Below are positions 19,820-29,654 of a DNA stretch of 64,000 nt, one piece after another. Every line of letters begins with the position of its first letter. Positions within the stretch are counted from its first letter, which is position 1. The translations under genes and the position numbers were made by a program. Source of the stretch: an uncultured Verrucomicrobiae bacterium (GTDB lineage Bacteria; Verrucomicrobiota; Verrucomicrobiia; Chthoniobacterales; JAFAMB01); contig CAVXLD010000012.1 of the NCBI GenBank assembly GCA_963762565.1, forward strand, positions 513,697 to 577,696, in the 5' to 3' direction. A model generated the notes under the pieces. The model ran no database searches and was not told the origin of the DNA. It was given only the letters and a program-made list of their open reading frames with translations.

Positions 19820-22234
19820 TCATCCGTCATCTGTGAGCGCAACCAACAACTCACGCATCATTCCCCGCGCTCTCTCCCCGATGATGCTGCCTCCATGGAC
19901 CTCGATTGGCCGCCTTTCCTGACGACGAAAAAGCAAGGAGACCCGGTCGACTCTCGGATCCAGCTCGCCGCTCCGGTCTAGATTCACTGATATTCGAGAC
20001 GAATTGCAGTCAACCCTTAGCCGCCACCTCCAGAAATGGCCTTCCCGATGGCCTTCACTTTCACCGTCATCCTCAAAACACTCACACTCGAATTGCCCGC
20101 TGTCAGGATCCGGCCACACGTAGAAGGCGCGCAGATCATCCCGTTTGGAAAAGTGTTGCTCCGCGAGATTCAGCGCAATGGCGGAACCCGCCTTTGCCAA
20201 CAGCGGCGGGCGATCCCAAGGGGCAGGTAGAACAATCTCCTGACCGCCAGAGAAATAAGCTCCGGTCCAGAAATCATACCAGCCGCAACCTTCAGGTAAG
20301 TAGACGGGCCGCGCCAGTTGACTCGGCTCGACCACGGCAGGAACCAGCAGGTTCGCTCCCACCAACATATCGTCATTCTCATCGTAACACCGCTCATCGT
20401 CCGGGAAGTCAAAAAAGGTGGGCCGGATAACCGGTTCGTAATCTCGATGTGAACGCCAGAGCAAGTCGTACAAATAAGGGATCAGCTGGTAGCGCAGCTT
20501 AACTAAATCGGAAATGTAGGGCGTGATCTCCGGATACATCCAGGGCTCATTGGCAGATCCGTCATCGTTCCAGGAATGGATACTGAAGCGCGGCAGAAAA
20601 ATCCCGAATTGCACCCAGCGCAGGAACAGTTCTTGGTCCGGCGCTGGTCCCGAAAAACCACCGATATCATGCCCCAGATTCGACACGCCGGACAACGCCA
20701 GTCCGATTCCCATTTTTAGGTTGTACCGGAGCGACTCCCAAGAGGTGTAATTGTCACCGGACCAAGTCTGTACATATCGGTGCATGCCGACGGCTCCGGA
20801 CCGTGAAACTAGAAATGGCCGCTTGACGGGCGCGAATTCACGCTGGGCATCCCTCGAGGTTCGTATCATCAAGAGGGTTTGTAACACCTTCGCTTCGACT
20901 GCTCGCCGTGGCTGACCGAACCCGTGGATCTGGGGCGTTAGGCTCCAGATCTCAAACTCGTTGTTGTCATTCCAGGTCGCAGCGATGCCGTACTCGAGCA
21001 ACGCCTCCTTGACTGAAGTTTTCCACCAATCCACCGTCTGCGGGTTGGTGAAGTCGAGATAAGCGCCCACCTCATCCCAGAACTGGGTCAGGGCCGGTTC
21101 TCCATTCGGCTCATGCACGAAAAGTCCTTTGGCATCGGCCTCACCAAACCGAGGATGATCCCGCAGTAAACATGGTTTGATATTGGGACAAAGCCGAATG
21201 CCATGCTCCAGAAAATGGCGTACGAAACCAGCCGGGTCGGGGAACTTGCCTCGATCCCAGTTGAACACATAACGTTTACCATCAATCGATGTGTAGCCGG
21301 ATGAAAGATGGAACGAATCGCAGAGAATGTCGTGTTCATGGCAGCGCGCCAGGAACTCATTCATTTGTTCCTGGGCATTTGGAGCATCCGTATAAGCCAT
21401 GGTTGAACCGGAGTAACCCAAACCCCATTTAGGGGTAAAAGCGGGCCGGCCGGTCAGCCAAGTATACCGGCGCACCACTTCCGCTAGAGTGGCGCCCGCA
21501 ATGAAATAGTAGTCAAGATCGCCATAGTCGCCGACGAAATAGCGATAGTGACCGTGATAGTTATCAAGTTCGCGACCGAAATCGAACGTGCAGTCGGCGA
21601 CGGTATCATAGAAGAGGCCGAATCCCGTTTTTTGACGCCGTTTCCAAGTCAAATAGAAAGGGATATGTTTATAAAGCGGGTCGGTCGTTCTGGCGCTATA
21701 ACCCATCGCATCGACGTTAGTCAGCCGGTAGCTTTTGCCAGCTCGATTAGTGTCTCCGGCTCGTTCGCCCAAGCCGAAATACATTTCGTCAGGCTCACGT
21801 TTCAGATAGTGATGAACGCGGTCATCCCACCAACCGAAGTTGTAGCTTTGAGTCGCGCGATCCGCGGCCGCTGGCACCCACTGGTCGCCTTTCCTTGTCT
21901 CCCACTCGCAGAAAAAGCCTTTCAACCTGATGGTGAGCCGAATGCTTTGAGTGGTCAACTTGAGTTGTTCGGGCGTTTCTACGAGTTCGAACCCAGGCAA
22001 CGTAAAATGATCGAGATCGAAGCGGTCCCGGCCAGCCAAAGGAACATCTTCAAGTCCGGGGGCAATCGCCCAGGTCTTGGGAAAGCGTAGCTTTCCATCG
22101 GGAAGTACCAGGACCCGAATGATATCCTGCTCTAAGATGAAGAGATGAATCAGCTGGTTCTGCGAGCTCTGTAGTGTTATCCGAGCTCCGCTCCGCTCAG
22201 TGATTGAAAAATTCGGTATCTCGCCAACGGACAT
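19820..22234 (-). CDS. Glycoside hydrolase family 31 alpha-glucosidase
   Basis: GLGE, PLYKHIPF, WNDNNE, WSGDN and GHDIGGF. Confidence 0.93.
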   Translation of the reverse strand: MSVGEIPNFSITERSGARITLQSSQNQLIHLFILEQDIIRVLVLPDGKLRFPKTWAIAPGLEDVPLAGRDRFDLDHFTLPGFELVETPEQLKLTTQSIRLTIRLKGFFCEWETRKGDQWVPAAADRATQSYNFGWWDDRVHHYLKREPDEMYFGLGERAGDTNRAGKSYRLTNVDAMGYSARTTDPLYKHIPFYLTWKRRQKTGFGLFYDTVADCTFDFGRELDNYHGHYRYFVGDYGDLDYYFIAGATLAEVVRRYTWLTGRPAFTPKWGLGYSGSTMAYTDAPNAQEQMNEFLARCHEHDILCDSFHLSSGYTSIDGKRYVFNWDRGKFPDPAGFVRHFLEHGIRLCPNIKPCLLRDHPRFGEADAKGLFVHEPNGEPALTQFWDEVGAYLDFTNPQTVDWWKTSVKEALLEYGIAATWNDNNEFEIWSLTPQIHGFGQPRRAVEAKVLQTLLMIRTSRDAQREFAPVKRPFLVSRSGAVGMHRYVQTWSGDNYTSWESLRYNLKMGIGLALSGVSNLGHDIGGFSGPAPDQELFLRWVQFGIFLPRFSIHSWNDDGSANEPWMYPEITPYISDLVKLRYQLIPYLYDLLWRSHRDYEPVIRPTFFDFPDDERCYDENDDMLVGANLLVPAVVEPSQLARPVYLPEGCGWYDFWTGAYFSGGQEIVLPAPWDRPPLLAKAGSAIALNLAEQHFSKRDDLRAFYVWPDPDSGQFECECFEDDGESEGHREGHFWRWRLRVDCNSSRISVNLDRSGELDPRVDRVSLLFRRQERRPIEVHGGSIIGERARGMMRELLVALTDDG

Positions 22235-22249
22235 AGGAGTTTCCCGGAG

Positions 22250-23518
22250 TTAGATGGTGCTGCGCTTAGCCGTACCTCGGAGCAGCACAATGACCACCGT
22301 CGCCCCAATCAGATCGAACAAAGTTAAACAGGCAAACAAAGGGCCATACCCGATGGTTGTGGCCAGGGCGCCGACTATCAGCGAAAAGGTCAATCCGCCG
22401 GTCCAGGCGGCGGTGCCGGTGAGCCCGTTGGCCGTCGCCACTTCATGCGGATCAAACACATCAGCGCTCAATGTGTTCAGCAACGCCGAAATCATTTGGT
22501 GAGCGAAGCCTCCGATGCAGAACAGTGCAATCGCGAGATAAGGGCTGGCAGCCAGTCCGATACAGCCCGGTCCGATCATGAGAATCGCTCCCAAGACTAT
22601 GCCGGCAATTCGCGAGGGGATTAGCTTCACCTTGAAATACTTCATCAAGAGCGGTGATAGATAACCGCCAAAGATTCCGCCCAGATCAGCCGCCAGGAAA
22701 GGCAGCCAGGCGAATATAGCGATCTGCTTCAGATCCATGTGGCGTTCGTTCGCCAGATAAAGCGGGATCCAGAAATTAAAGGTTTGCCAGGCCGGCTCGG
22801 CTAGGAAACGAGGTAGGGCGATCCCCCAGAACCGGGCAGAAGAGATAATCTCTAAGATCGGTGGCGGTTTCCGTACCTCTGCTGTGGCTTTCGTTTCCTG
22901 GCCCGCGAGAATGTAATCGCGCTCTTGGTCACCTAGTAACCAATGTTTACTCGGCGACCGGTAGAACAGCCACCAAAGCAGGGCAAAGATGAACCCCAGA
23001 CCGCCTGTCACCACGAAGGCCATCTGCCAGCTCGATTGCACTAGAACCCAAATCACTAACGGCGGCGCCAGTAGAGCCCCGAGCGAGGTGCCCGCGTTGA
23101 AATACCCAACTGCCACCGAGCGTTCTTTAGCTGGGAACCATTCCGAGATCGCCTTGATGCCGGCCGGAATAGCCGAGGCTTCGCTTAGTCCCAGCAATCC
23201 GCGAAAGCAGGCCAGCGAACCCCAACCGGTGGCCAGCGCGTGTAACAAATTCGCTACTGACCAGACAACCGCGAACAAAGCAAACCCAACTTTCAACCCC
23301 AAAAAGTCGAGTATATAGCCACACACAGATTGCATGACCGTGTAACCAACCTGGAAGGCCGCTACGATGTAGGAATATTGCTGGGTGGAGAAACTTAATT
23401 TCGTTTGCAGCACCGGGGCGAGAACCGCCAATGAATTACGTGCCAGGTAATTAATAATTGTCCCCAGACAGATCAGCCCGACTATCCACCAGCGGAGTCC
23501 TTTGAGCTTTTTCATCAT
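22250..23518 (-). CDS. MFS transporter, ExuT/hexuronate-like
   Basis: LRWWIVGL..INYLARN, EWFPAKER; multiple TM segments; operon with GH31. Confidence 0.9.
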   Translation of the reverse strand: MMKKLKGLRWWIVGLICLGTIINYLARNSLAVLAPVLQTKLSFSTQQYSYIVAAFQVGYTVMQSVCGYILDFLGLKVGFALFAVVWSVANLLHALATGWGSLACFRGLLGLSEASAIPAGIKAISEWFPAKERSVAVGYFNAGTSLGALLAPPLVIWVLVQSSWQMAFVVTGGLGFIFALLWWLFYRSPSKHWLLGDQERDYILAGQETKATAEVRKPPPILEIISSARFWGIALPRFLAEPAWQTFNFWIPLYLANERHMDLKQIAIFAWLPFLAADLGGIFGGYLSPLLMKYFKVKLIPSRIAGIVLGAILMIGPGCIGLAASPYLAIALFCIGGFAHQMISALLNTLSADVFDPHEVATANGLTGTAAWTGGLTFSLIVGALATTIGYGPLFACLTLFDLIGATVVIVLLRGTAKRSTI

Positions 23519-23933
23519 TCTGTTGGGGGAACAGCCGCACCGATTACGCGCCCCGGCTTTTGGCGCGAAGCGTTTGCCCGTCGCTCATGTAAGGAGGCCG
23601 CCCGCTCGGGGTTTAGCCAAGCACGAAGAGGGCGGAAAAGGAAGAAAAATAACCGCAAACGAGCGCAAAGAAAGACGGCGAAAATCTCACGCAAAGACGC
23701 AAAGACGCGAAGGAAAGACAGATTTGACCACAGCCCCCGAACCCCGAAAGCTGTTACCCCGGAAGTTTTCGGGGTTCGGGGGAACACTCTCCGGGGTGAA
23801 ATGGACAAAAATTGTGGAGGCGGTGAGGGGCGTTGCCGGCAAACGCTTGGATCTGAATAGTAGGCTTTGCAGAGCAGAGGCTACCTCGTCTTCCCTTCGC
23901 GTCTTTGCGGCCCTGCGTGAGATTTTCTTCTTC

Positions 23934-25505
23934 TTATCTGCGCAGCAGCATATTAATCCCGGCCGTTACTTCCTCCTCACCTCTGAGCTCCCTCCAACGC
24001 GCCCCCACATATCCATCCGGGCGAACTAACACCCCACCCTTGACCGAAATCCCATAAAGCTCCTCAAATCCGTCCCCAGCAAAATCGCGCTGATTCCGTA
24101 GAACCCTTACCAAATCACTTTCCACACCCGTTAGTTGACACTCTCTTCCTGTCACCAGCACGAACGTCTCCCCAAAAAGATCCAGCGTAGATTTCTTGTC
24201 TCCGTGCCGATCGATCCATAAATGTGGGGCCCGAGAGCCGGGTCGAGCCGTAGGGTGATAATCATTGATCGGATCTCGAACCGCGGGCTTCTCCGTACCC
24301 TCTTCTATGAACGCACCAAACCCATAACTAAGACCAAGATCCTGGCCCAGCCCGGATCCACCTCTCTGGCTTTTACCTATCAATTCACGCACCTTGTCCC
24401 AATCATTCTCTATCGCGATCGAAACAATCCTGAAGATCTCGTCTGCCGAACGATTCGTGTTCTGCATCGTCCAATGAGCGACGCCCTGCCGTTCCTGTTG
24501 ATACGTATCAAGGAGCGCCTGCCCAGCTCCACCGTTTATTACAAAAGCAAGCTTCCAAGCCAGGTTATGGACTCCTTGTAAGCCTGTGTTCAGCCCTAGG
24601 CCCCCGCTTGGGGAAAGTCGTGCAGCAGCATCGCCAACTAGAAATAGCCGGCCGCTCCGAAACTGCTGGGCGACCTTCGGGCTCATCACCCATGGCATAA
24701 CGCTTAACACTTCGACCGGTTCATCGGGTAACCCGGAAGCCTTTCGAATCATTGATTCCAAGCGTTCCACCGGGAAATCATCGATGGTTTCTCCAGGCTG
24801 CAGAAAATGATGCATTAACCACAACTCTTCCCCGTCAATTGCAACAAAGAACTCAAAGAACTCATTCGAGATCGTATTATACAAAATCGCCGGACGTTCC
24901 TCTAAATGCGCTCCGTACCGCGCTCGGAACATCGTATTCAGAAAGTGTCCCATATCACCCGGGCCATCCGTTTCGATATTGAGTTTGCGCCGGACCCCGC
25001 TACCAGCGCCATCCGCAGCAACTACCCACGGTACATCGAGCAATTCGTTCCCCGGTAAACTCAACCTCACATAATCATCGCGAACCTCGACATCTTGAAT
25101 CTCGGTGCCGAACCGAACAGTTGCCAGCGGCTCAGCCGATACCGCATCTGAGAGCACCTTTTCAGTCCTGGTCTGCGGACAATGCAAAGCGGTACAGGGC
25201 GTGAATTCACTGTGAAGGTCAGTCACAGGAACTCGTCCCAGTTCTTCCCCGACTAGCGATTTAGACCAAATCGCTAAGAACCGATCGTCACGCCCAAGTA
25301 ACCCTTCTGCGATCGCGTCGATTAACCCGAGTTGCCGATACAATTCCGCTGTCCGCCGAGAGACCCCCATAGCCTTTGGATGAGTCGAGATCCCGGGCTT
25401 CTTCTCAAAAACCGTGCACTTAACTCCCGCCCGGGCCAACAATAGGGCCGTCATCAATCCACAAGGCCCGGCGCCAACGATCGCAACTGCCGAATCTGAG
25501 TTCAT
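23934..25505 (-). CDS. FAD-dependent aromatic monooxygenase (PheA/TfdB-like)
   Basis: GAGPCG, ADGAGS, GDAA..GGLGLNTG, NLAWKL and LVRPDGYV. Confidence 0.92.
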   Translation of the reverse strand: MNSDSAVAIVGAGPCGLMTALLLARAGVKCTVFEKKPGISTHPKAMGVSRRTAELYRQLGLIDAIAEGLLGRDDRFLAIWSKSLVGEELGRVPVTDLHSEFTPCTALHCPQTRTEKVLSDAVSAEPLATVRFGTEIQDVEVRDDYVRLSLPGNELLDVPWVVAADGAGSGVRRKLNIETDGPGDMGHFLNTMFRARYGAHLEERPAILYNTISNEFFEFFVAIDGEELWLMHHFLQPGETIDDFPVERLESMIRKASGLPDEPVEVLSVMPWVMSPKVAQQFRSGRLFLVGDAAARLSPSGGLGLNTGLQGVHNLAWKLAFVINGGAGQALLDTYQQERQGVAHWTMQNTNRSADEIFRIVSIAIENDWDKVRELIGKSQRGGSGLGQDLGLSYGFGAFIEEGTEKPAVRDPINDYHPTARPGSRAPHLWIDRHGDKKSTLDLFGETFVLVTGRECQLTGVESDLVRVLRNQRDFAGDGFEELYGISVKGGVLVRPDGYVGARWRELRGEEEVTAGINMLLRR

Positions 25506-25948
25506 TTCGCTTTTCCCACCATCAAAAGAACTCAAAAGAGCACAAAAAAATAAATCTCACGCAAAGCCGCAAAGCCGGAAAGGTTAAGAGGGTGGGGGGC
25601 CTGCCCTGAGCATCTCGACAAGCTCGATACAGGCAAGCTTTGAGCGCGTCGAAGGGTTAATAGCGATTCGTGGACCGCTGCCTCGCTCGCGAGGCCGACA
25701 ACGCGAAGCGCCTAATCTGCGTTCATCTGCGGTTGAACTGTCTTTCCTTTGCGTCTTTGCGCCTTTGCGTGAGATTTTCATTCGCGTCCATTCGCGGTCC
25801 CTTTTTGCGTTCTTTGCGCTCTTCCGCCGCTTACCGCGCCGTAGGCCTTGCGGAGGCGGGGCTATTAACTCTTCCACCAATCACCTGTCACCAATCACGA
25901 ATCACTTCCCGCCTATAGCCATCTGTCATCTGTCATGCGCTTCGCCTC

Positions 25949-26074
25949 GGCTATCGGCTATCGGCTATTGGCTATTGGCTATTGGCTATTGGCTATTGGC
26001 TATTGGCTATTGGCTATTGGCTATTGGCTATTGGCTATTGGCTATTGGCTATTGGCTATTGGCTATTGGCTATT
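25949..26074. repeat. Heptamer tandem repeat (GGCTATC)x2 + (GGCTATT)x16
   Basis: Counted directly; overlaps the pap stop codon at 26070-26072. Confidence 0.95.
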
Positions 26075-27569
26075 CGCGAAGCGACAGCGCCTGCCTAATC
26101 GCCTCGCAGACAGTCTCCAGCACCTTCACCCGAGCATACCATTTGCAGTTCGATTCCACGATCGTCCACGGTGCGTACGGCGTACTGGTCCGATACAACA
26201 TCTCCTCAACTGCATCTCGGTACTGATCCAGTTTTGATCGATTTCGCCAGTCCTCTTCCGTGATCTTCCACTGCTTATGGACATCTTCCTTTCGCTCCTT
26301 AAACCGTCGTAGCTGTTCGTCGGGATCGATTTGCAACCAGAACTTGAACAGGACCGTTCCGAAATGCACCAGCTGTTGTTCCATCGCGTTAATCTCTCGA
26401 TACGCCCGTCGCCATTGGGCCTCAGTGCAGAACCCTTCAACCCGTTCGACCAGCACCCGGCCGTACCACGTCCGATCGAAGATCGCAATGTGCCCAGCCT
26501 TGGGCAACTGCGCCCAGAACCGCCAAAGATAATGGTGTGCCTTCTCGATATCATTCGGGGCGGCGATAGGTATTACCTCGTACCCCCGCGGATCCAGGTT
26601 TTGGGTTAACCGGCGAATATTCCCTCCTTTACCGGCCGCATCCCAGCCCTCATACGCGATGACCACAGGCATACGCCGCCGGTAGATCTGGTGCTCGAGC
26701 TCGCGAAGCCTGTTCTGGGCCTCCTTGAGCCGGTCAGTATACTCTTCGGCAGTTAACGACAAAGACAGATCCACATGATCGAGCGCGGTTGTCTTGAAAG
26801 CATTAATTGTCGGAGCCGGTTGAACCGCTGGCGCCGGTGCTTCGTCGCCTTTCCGGCCGGCAACCGCGACGCCACGCTCCAACGCATCGATCATGGTTGT
26901 GAAAGCCTTCAGAGTCGCGAACCGCCGGTCGTGAGCTTCGACCACGGTCCAAGGAGCGTATTCGGTGTCAGTCTCGGTTAACATGTTCTCGGCAGCTGCC
27001 AGGTACTCGTCATAATGCTTATTCTGCCGTAGATCGGCTTCCGTCACTCGCCAGGCGGTCGCAGCGCTTTCCTTTAGAGCATCAAAGCGCTGTTTCTGTT
27101 CGTGCTTGGAGATGTGGAGGAAGAACTTAACCATCACCACCCCGTCATCGGTCAGTTGCCGCTCGAATGAACGGATGTCTTCTAATGCCTGGCGGAGTTG
27201 TTTCCCTTTGATCTGCCCTTCTACCCGGTCAGTCACGACCCGGCGATTCCAACTCCGATCGAAGATAGCCAACCGCCCCCGCGTTGGTGTGCGTTTCCAG
27301 AACCGCCACAGGAACGGATAAAACTTTTCCTCCTCCGTCGGCCCGCTTGCGCTGTAGACGGTGAACCCTCGCGGATCAAGCGGCAGAATTAACTGGTTGA
27401 TCAATGTTCCTTTGCCAGACGCACTCCAGCCTTCGAATACGATAATAACAGGGATCCCCTGAGCTTTAACTTGCCGCTGCAGGTCCGCCAACTTCAGGTC
27501 CAGATCACTTTTGAGCCGTTTGTACTCAGCTTTTGCGACCTCCCGCGATAGATCGACGTTCTTGAGCAT
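26070..27569 (-). CDS. pap: Polyphosphate:AMP phosphotransferase (two-domain PPK2)
   Basis: Tandem PPK2 domains: EGWSASGKG / EGWDAAGKG, LDPRG x2 and FDRSW / FDRTWYGRVLVERVEG. Confidence 0.93.
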   Translation of the reverse strand: MLKNVDLSREVAKAEYKRLKSDLDLKLADLQRQVKAQGIPVIIVFEGWSASGKGTLINQLILPLDPRGFTVYSASGPTEEEKFYPFLWRFWKRTPTRGRLAIFDRSWNRRVVTDRVEGQIKGKQLRQALEDIRSFERQLTDDGVVMVKFFLHISKHEQKQRFDALKESAATAWRVTEADLRQNKHYDEYLAAAENMLTETDTEYAPWTVVEAHDRRFATLKAFTTMIDALERGVAVAGRKGDEAPAPAVQPAPTINAFKTTALDHVDLSLSLTAEEYTDRLKEAQNRLRELEHQIYRRRMPVVIAYEGWDAAGKGGNIRRLTQNLDPRGYEVIPIAAPNDIEKAHHYLWRFWAQLPKAGHIAIFDRTWYGRVLVERVEGFCTEAQWRRAYREINAMEQQLVHFGTVLFKFWLQIDPDEQLRRFKERKEDVHKQWKITEEDWRNRSKLDQYRDAVEEMLYRTSTPYAPWTIVESNCKWYARVKVLETVCEAIRQALSLRE

Positions 27570-27792
27570 AAAAGCACTCAGTTCAAATCATACCAGGATA
27601 CCATGTCTGTCCTAGCCTCCACAGATAAAAGCAATCGGAACTGATCAACGAATTGAAAGTACGCGAAATGGAATGAACGGGGGTGAATCACGTTCAAGGT
27701 CACGAAGATTCTACACCCATTCACCTTTCACCGGTCACCGCTCACCCTCTTCCTTTGCGGCTTTGCGTGAGATTTTTCTTCGCCTACTGCAT

Positions 27793-27955
27793 GCCTTCAA
27801 TCGCGGAGCTTTCGATATACTTCGATGATTGTTGCTGTATCGGCTTAAGCTTTTGGAACTCTGACGACGAACGCCACCGTTCCGCATCGGCCAGACTTGG
27901 GAATTCAATCACCACGACTCGCTGAGGAGCGCGTCCATCAAATACCACCGCTTCT
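27793..27955 (-). pseudogene. Duplicated 3' fragment of the DUF1330 gene
   Basis: Near-identical to about 10547-10706. Confidence 0.8.
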
Positions 27956-27977
27956 ACGTCGGCCAGGGGAACGCCAC

Positions 27978-28391
27978 CTAAGAATTGAACGGATTCTTCA
28001 CTCGAACACCGCCAAAATCCTGTCCATCGTTCAGGTCCTCCGAGTAAATGATATTACAGCCTGCCGCTTTAGCGGCTTCGATGATAGCAGCATCCCAGTA
28101 GGAAATGCGGAACCTTTTCTTGGTGCCCAATGCCGCGTGCATCACTGGTAACGTCAGTTCTTGTATCTTGAACCGTTCCCACGAAGTGATTAAGGCAACG
28201 GCCTGATCATGGGTGATGCGATCCGCTTTCGTATCTCGAGTCGCCTGTACGTAAAATTCCTGTAACACCTGCACGGAGAGAGCACCATTTGGTTGATCCA
28301 GCAGATTGAGGGCTTGAGCTGCTTTCGCTGCTTCTTCCGGATCAGTGCTCAACGCGTAAAGCAAGATATTAGTATCAATGAAATGCATCAC
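27978..28391 (-). CDS. vapC: PIN-domain toxin
   Basis: FIDTNIL, QVLQEF, SYWDAAI and SEDL. Confidence 0.9.
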   Translation of the reverse strand: MMHFIDTNILLYALSTDPEEAAKAAQALNLLDQPNGALSVQVLQEFYVQATRDTKADRITHDQAVALITSWERFKIQELTLPVMHAALGTKKRFRISYWDAAIIEAAKAAGCNIIYSEDLNDGQDFGGVRVKNPFNS

Positions 28392-28618
28392 CGCTCATGA
28401 GCTGCTGCCCGGCCTAGTCGATCGGCTGCTCGAAACTTCTTGATCTTCTTCCGGGTTTGTTCCTGCAATTGTTTCAGCCGGTCCGTTATATCCTCTTGTC
28501 CAGCGAGTTGGATCAGAAAATCTCGGACCAGAGCCGATACCGACGTATCCGCTTGCGCCGCCCGGATCCGTGCTCGGCGGTACACTTCTTCATCTACGGC
28601 GATGGTTATATTCTTCAC
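28388..28618 (-). CDS. RHH-type antitoxin
   Basis: KNITIAVDEEVYRRAR..AA..DTSVSALVRDFL; overlaps the toxin start. Confidence 0.85.
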   Translation of the reverse strand: MKNITIAVDEEVYRRARIRAAQADTSVSALVRDFLIQLAGQEDITDRLKQLQEQTRKKIKKFRAADRLGRAAAHER

Positions 28619-28775
28619 AGTTCCACAGTATCACAGTGACGAAGAAAATCTTGCTCGGCTACATTTGGGGGGCGAATGCTGCTGGAGCGGCTTTGGGAAG
28701 ATAGCGTTAGCGTTACGTCGGATTGGGGGAGATGGGGAGGGAGCGGTCCTCATTCATGCCAGCAAAGGAGCAGCT

Positions 28776-28961
28776 CTAGCGCCTTGCAGGGAAGATCGTC
28801 CGTCGTTCGATTCCCCGATTCAAGACATGATACCAAGCTCCTGGGAAGTCCACGCGAGTTGCACGCGCCATGCCCGTGAGAGTCGCATCCAATAATAGAT
28901 ATACAATAATAATATGTTATTATGATTCAAGAACTTAGTGTTTTGTTATAGACGCGACCCC
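28776..28961 (-). mobile_element. RAYT 5' fragment with its upstream leader and end motif
   Basis: ATG 28871: MARATRVDFPGAWYHVLNRGIERRTIFPARR*; AGACGCGACCCC at 28950-28961; near-identical to 43919-44092. Confidence 0.85.
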
Positions 28962-29336
28962 GGGACCGACGCCCCAGAACACCAACGCATTAGTCCGGGC
29001 AGGGCTTCATCACTGAAGCACGCGCTTCCCTGCCCGGCTTCATCGAAACCCCCTCGATTGAAACCATCTTTGAAGGGCTAGAGTTGCAGCGAATCCGGCT
29101 TCATCACGATCAGCAAATTCCAGAATGGTAGGGTCAGAGAAAATGGGGGTAAGTAAACAAACAAATCTTGACTAAGTCCATCTAGCGTTTGCTATGGGGT
29201 GTTCTTAACAAGGGTGTGCCCCTCCAAAAACCGCGGCTGTGTCGACCGGCGCTGAGCCTCAACCCCCTTTCACATTATATTTCCTCTAATTTCTCGTCTA
29301 CATATCAAGTAAACCTTCCAATCGACCACCAAAACT

Positions 29337-29642
29337 ATGCCTGAAATCTTTGTCGAGGTTAGGCCCAAAGGCGCTGGCGCTGGCGACTTAAGCGCGAGAG
29401 TCAGTAAGAAAGAACAATTACTAGATCGCATCGACGAGCTGGGTTCGAGTCTGCAAGAAATCTCAAACCGGCTTTCTAAGAAGCTGGATGAACTCTCCGC
29501 AAAAAAAGAGCCCGGCTGGAAGCTGAGGGAAGTATCACTTCAATTTTCTCTGGACTTAGAAACAGAGGCCGGCGTGATCATCGCCCGCACTAAAACCTCC
29601 GCCGGATTCGAAGCCACCTTTTCCTGGAAGTACGAAACCTGA
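29337..29642 (+). CDS. Trypsin-co-occurring (Trypco1/CU044_2847-like) small protein
   Basis: EVSLQFSLDLETEAGVIIARTKTSAGFEATFSWK, directly upstream of a trypsin-domain gene. Confidence 0.75.
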   Translation: MPEIFVEVRPKGAGAGDLSARVSKKEQLLDRIDELGSSLQEISNRLSKKLDELSAKKEPGWKLREVSLQFSLDLETEAGVIIARTKTSAGFEATFSWKYET

Positions 29643-29654
29643 GGCGAAAAACCC

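Noticed and set aside
25765..26237. ORFs with AIGYWLL repeats
   Set aside because: These are translations of the GGCTATT heptamer tract, antisense to pap.
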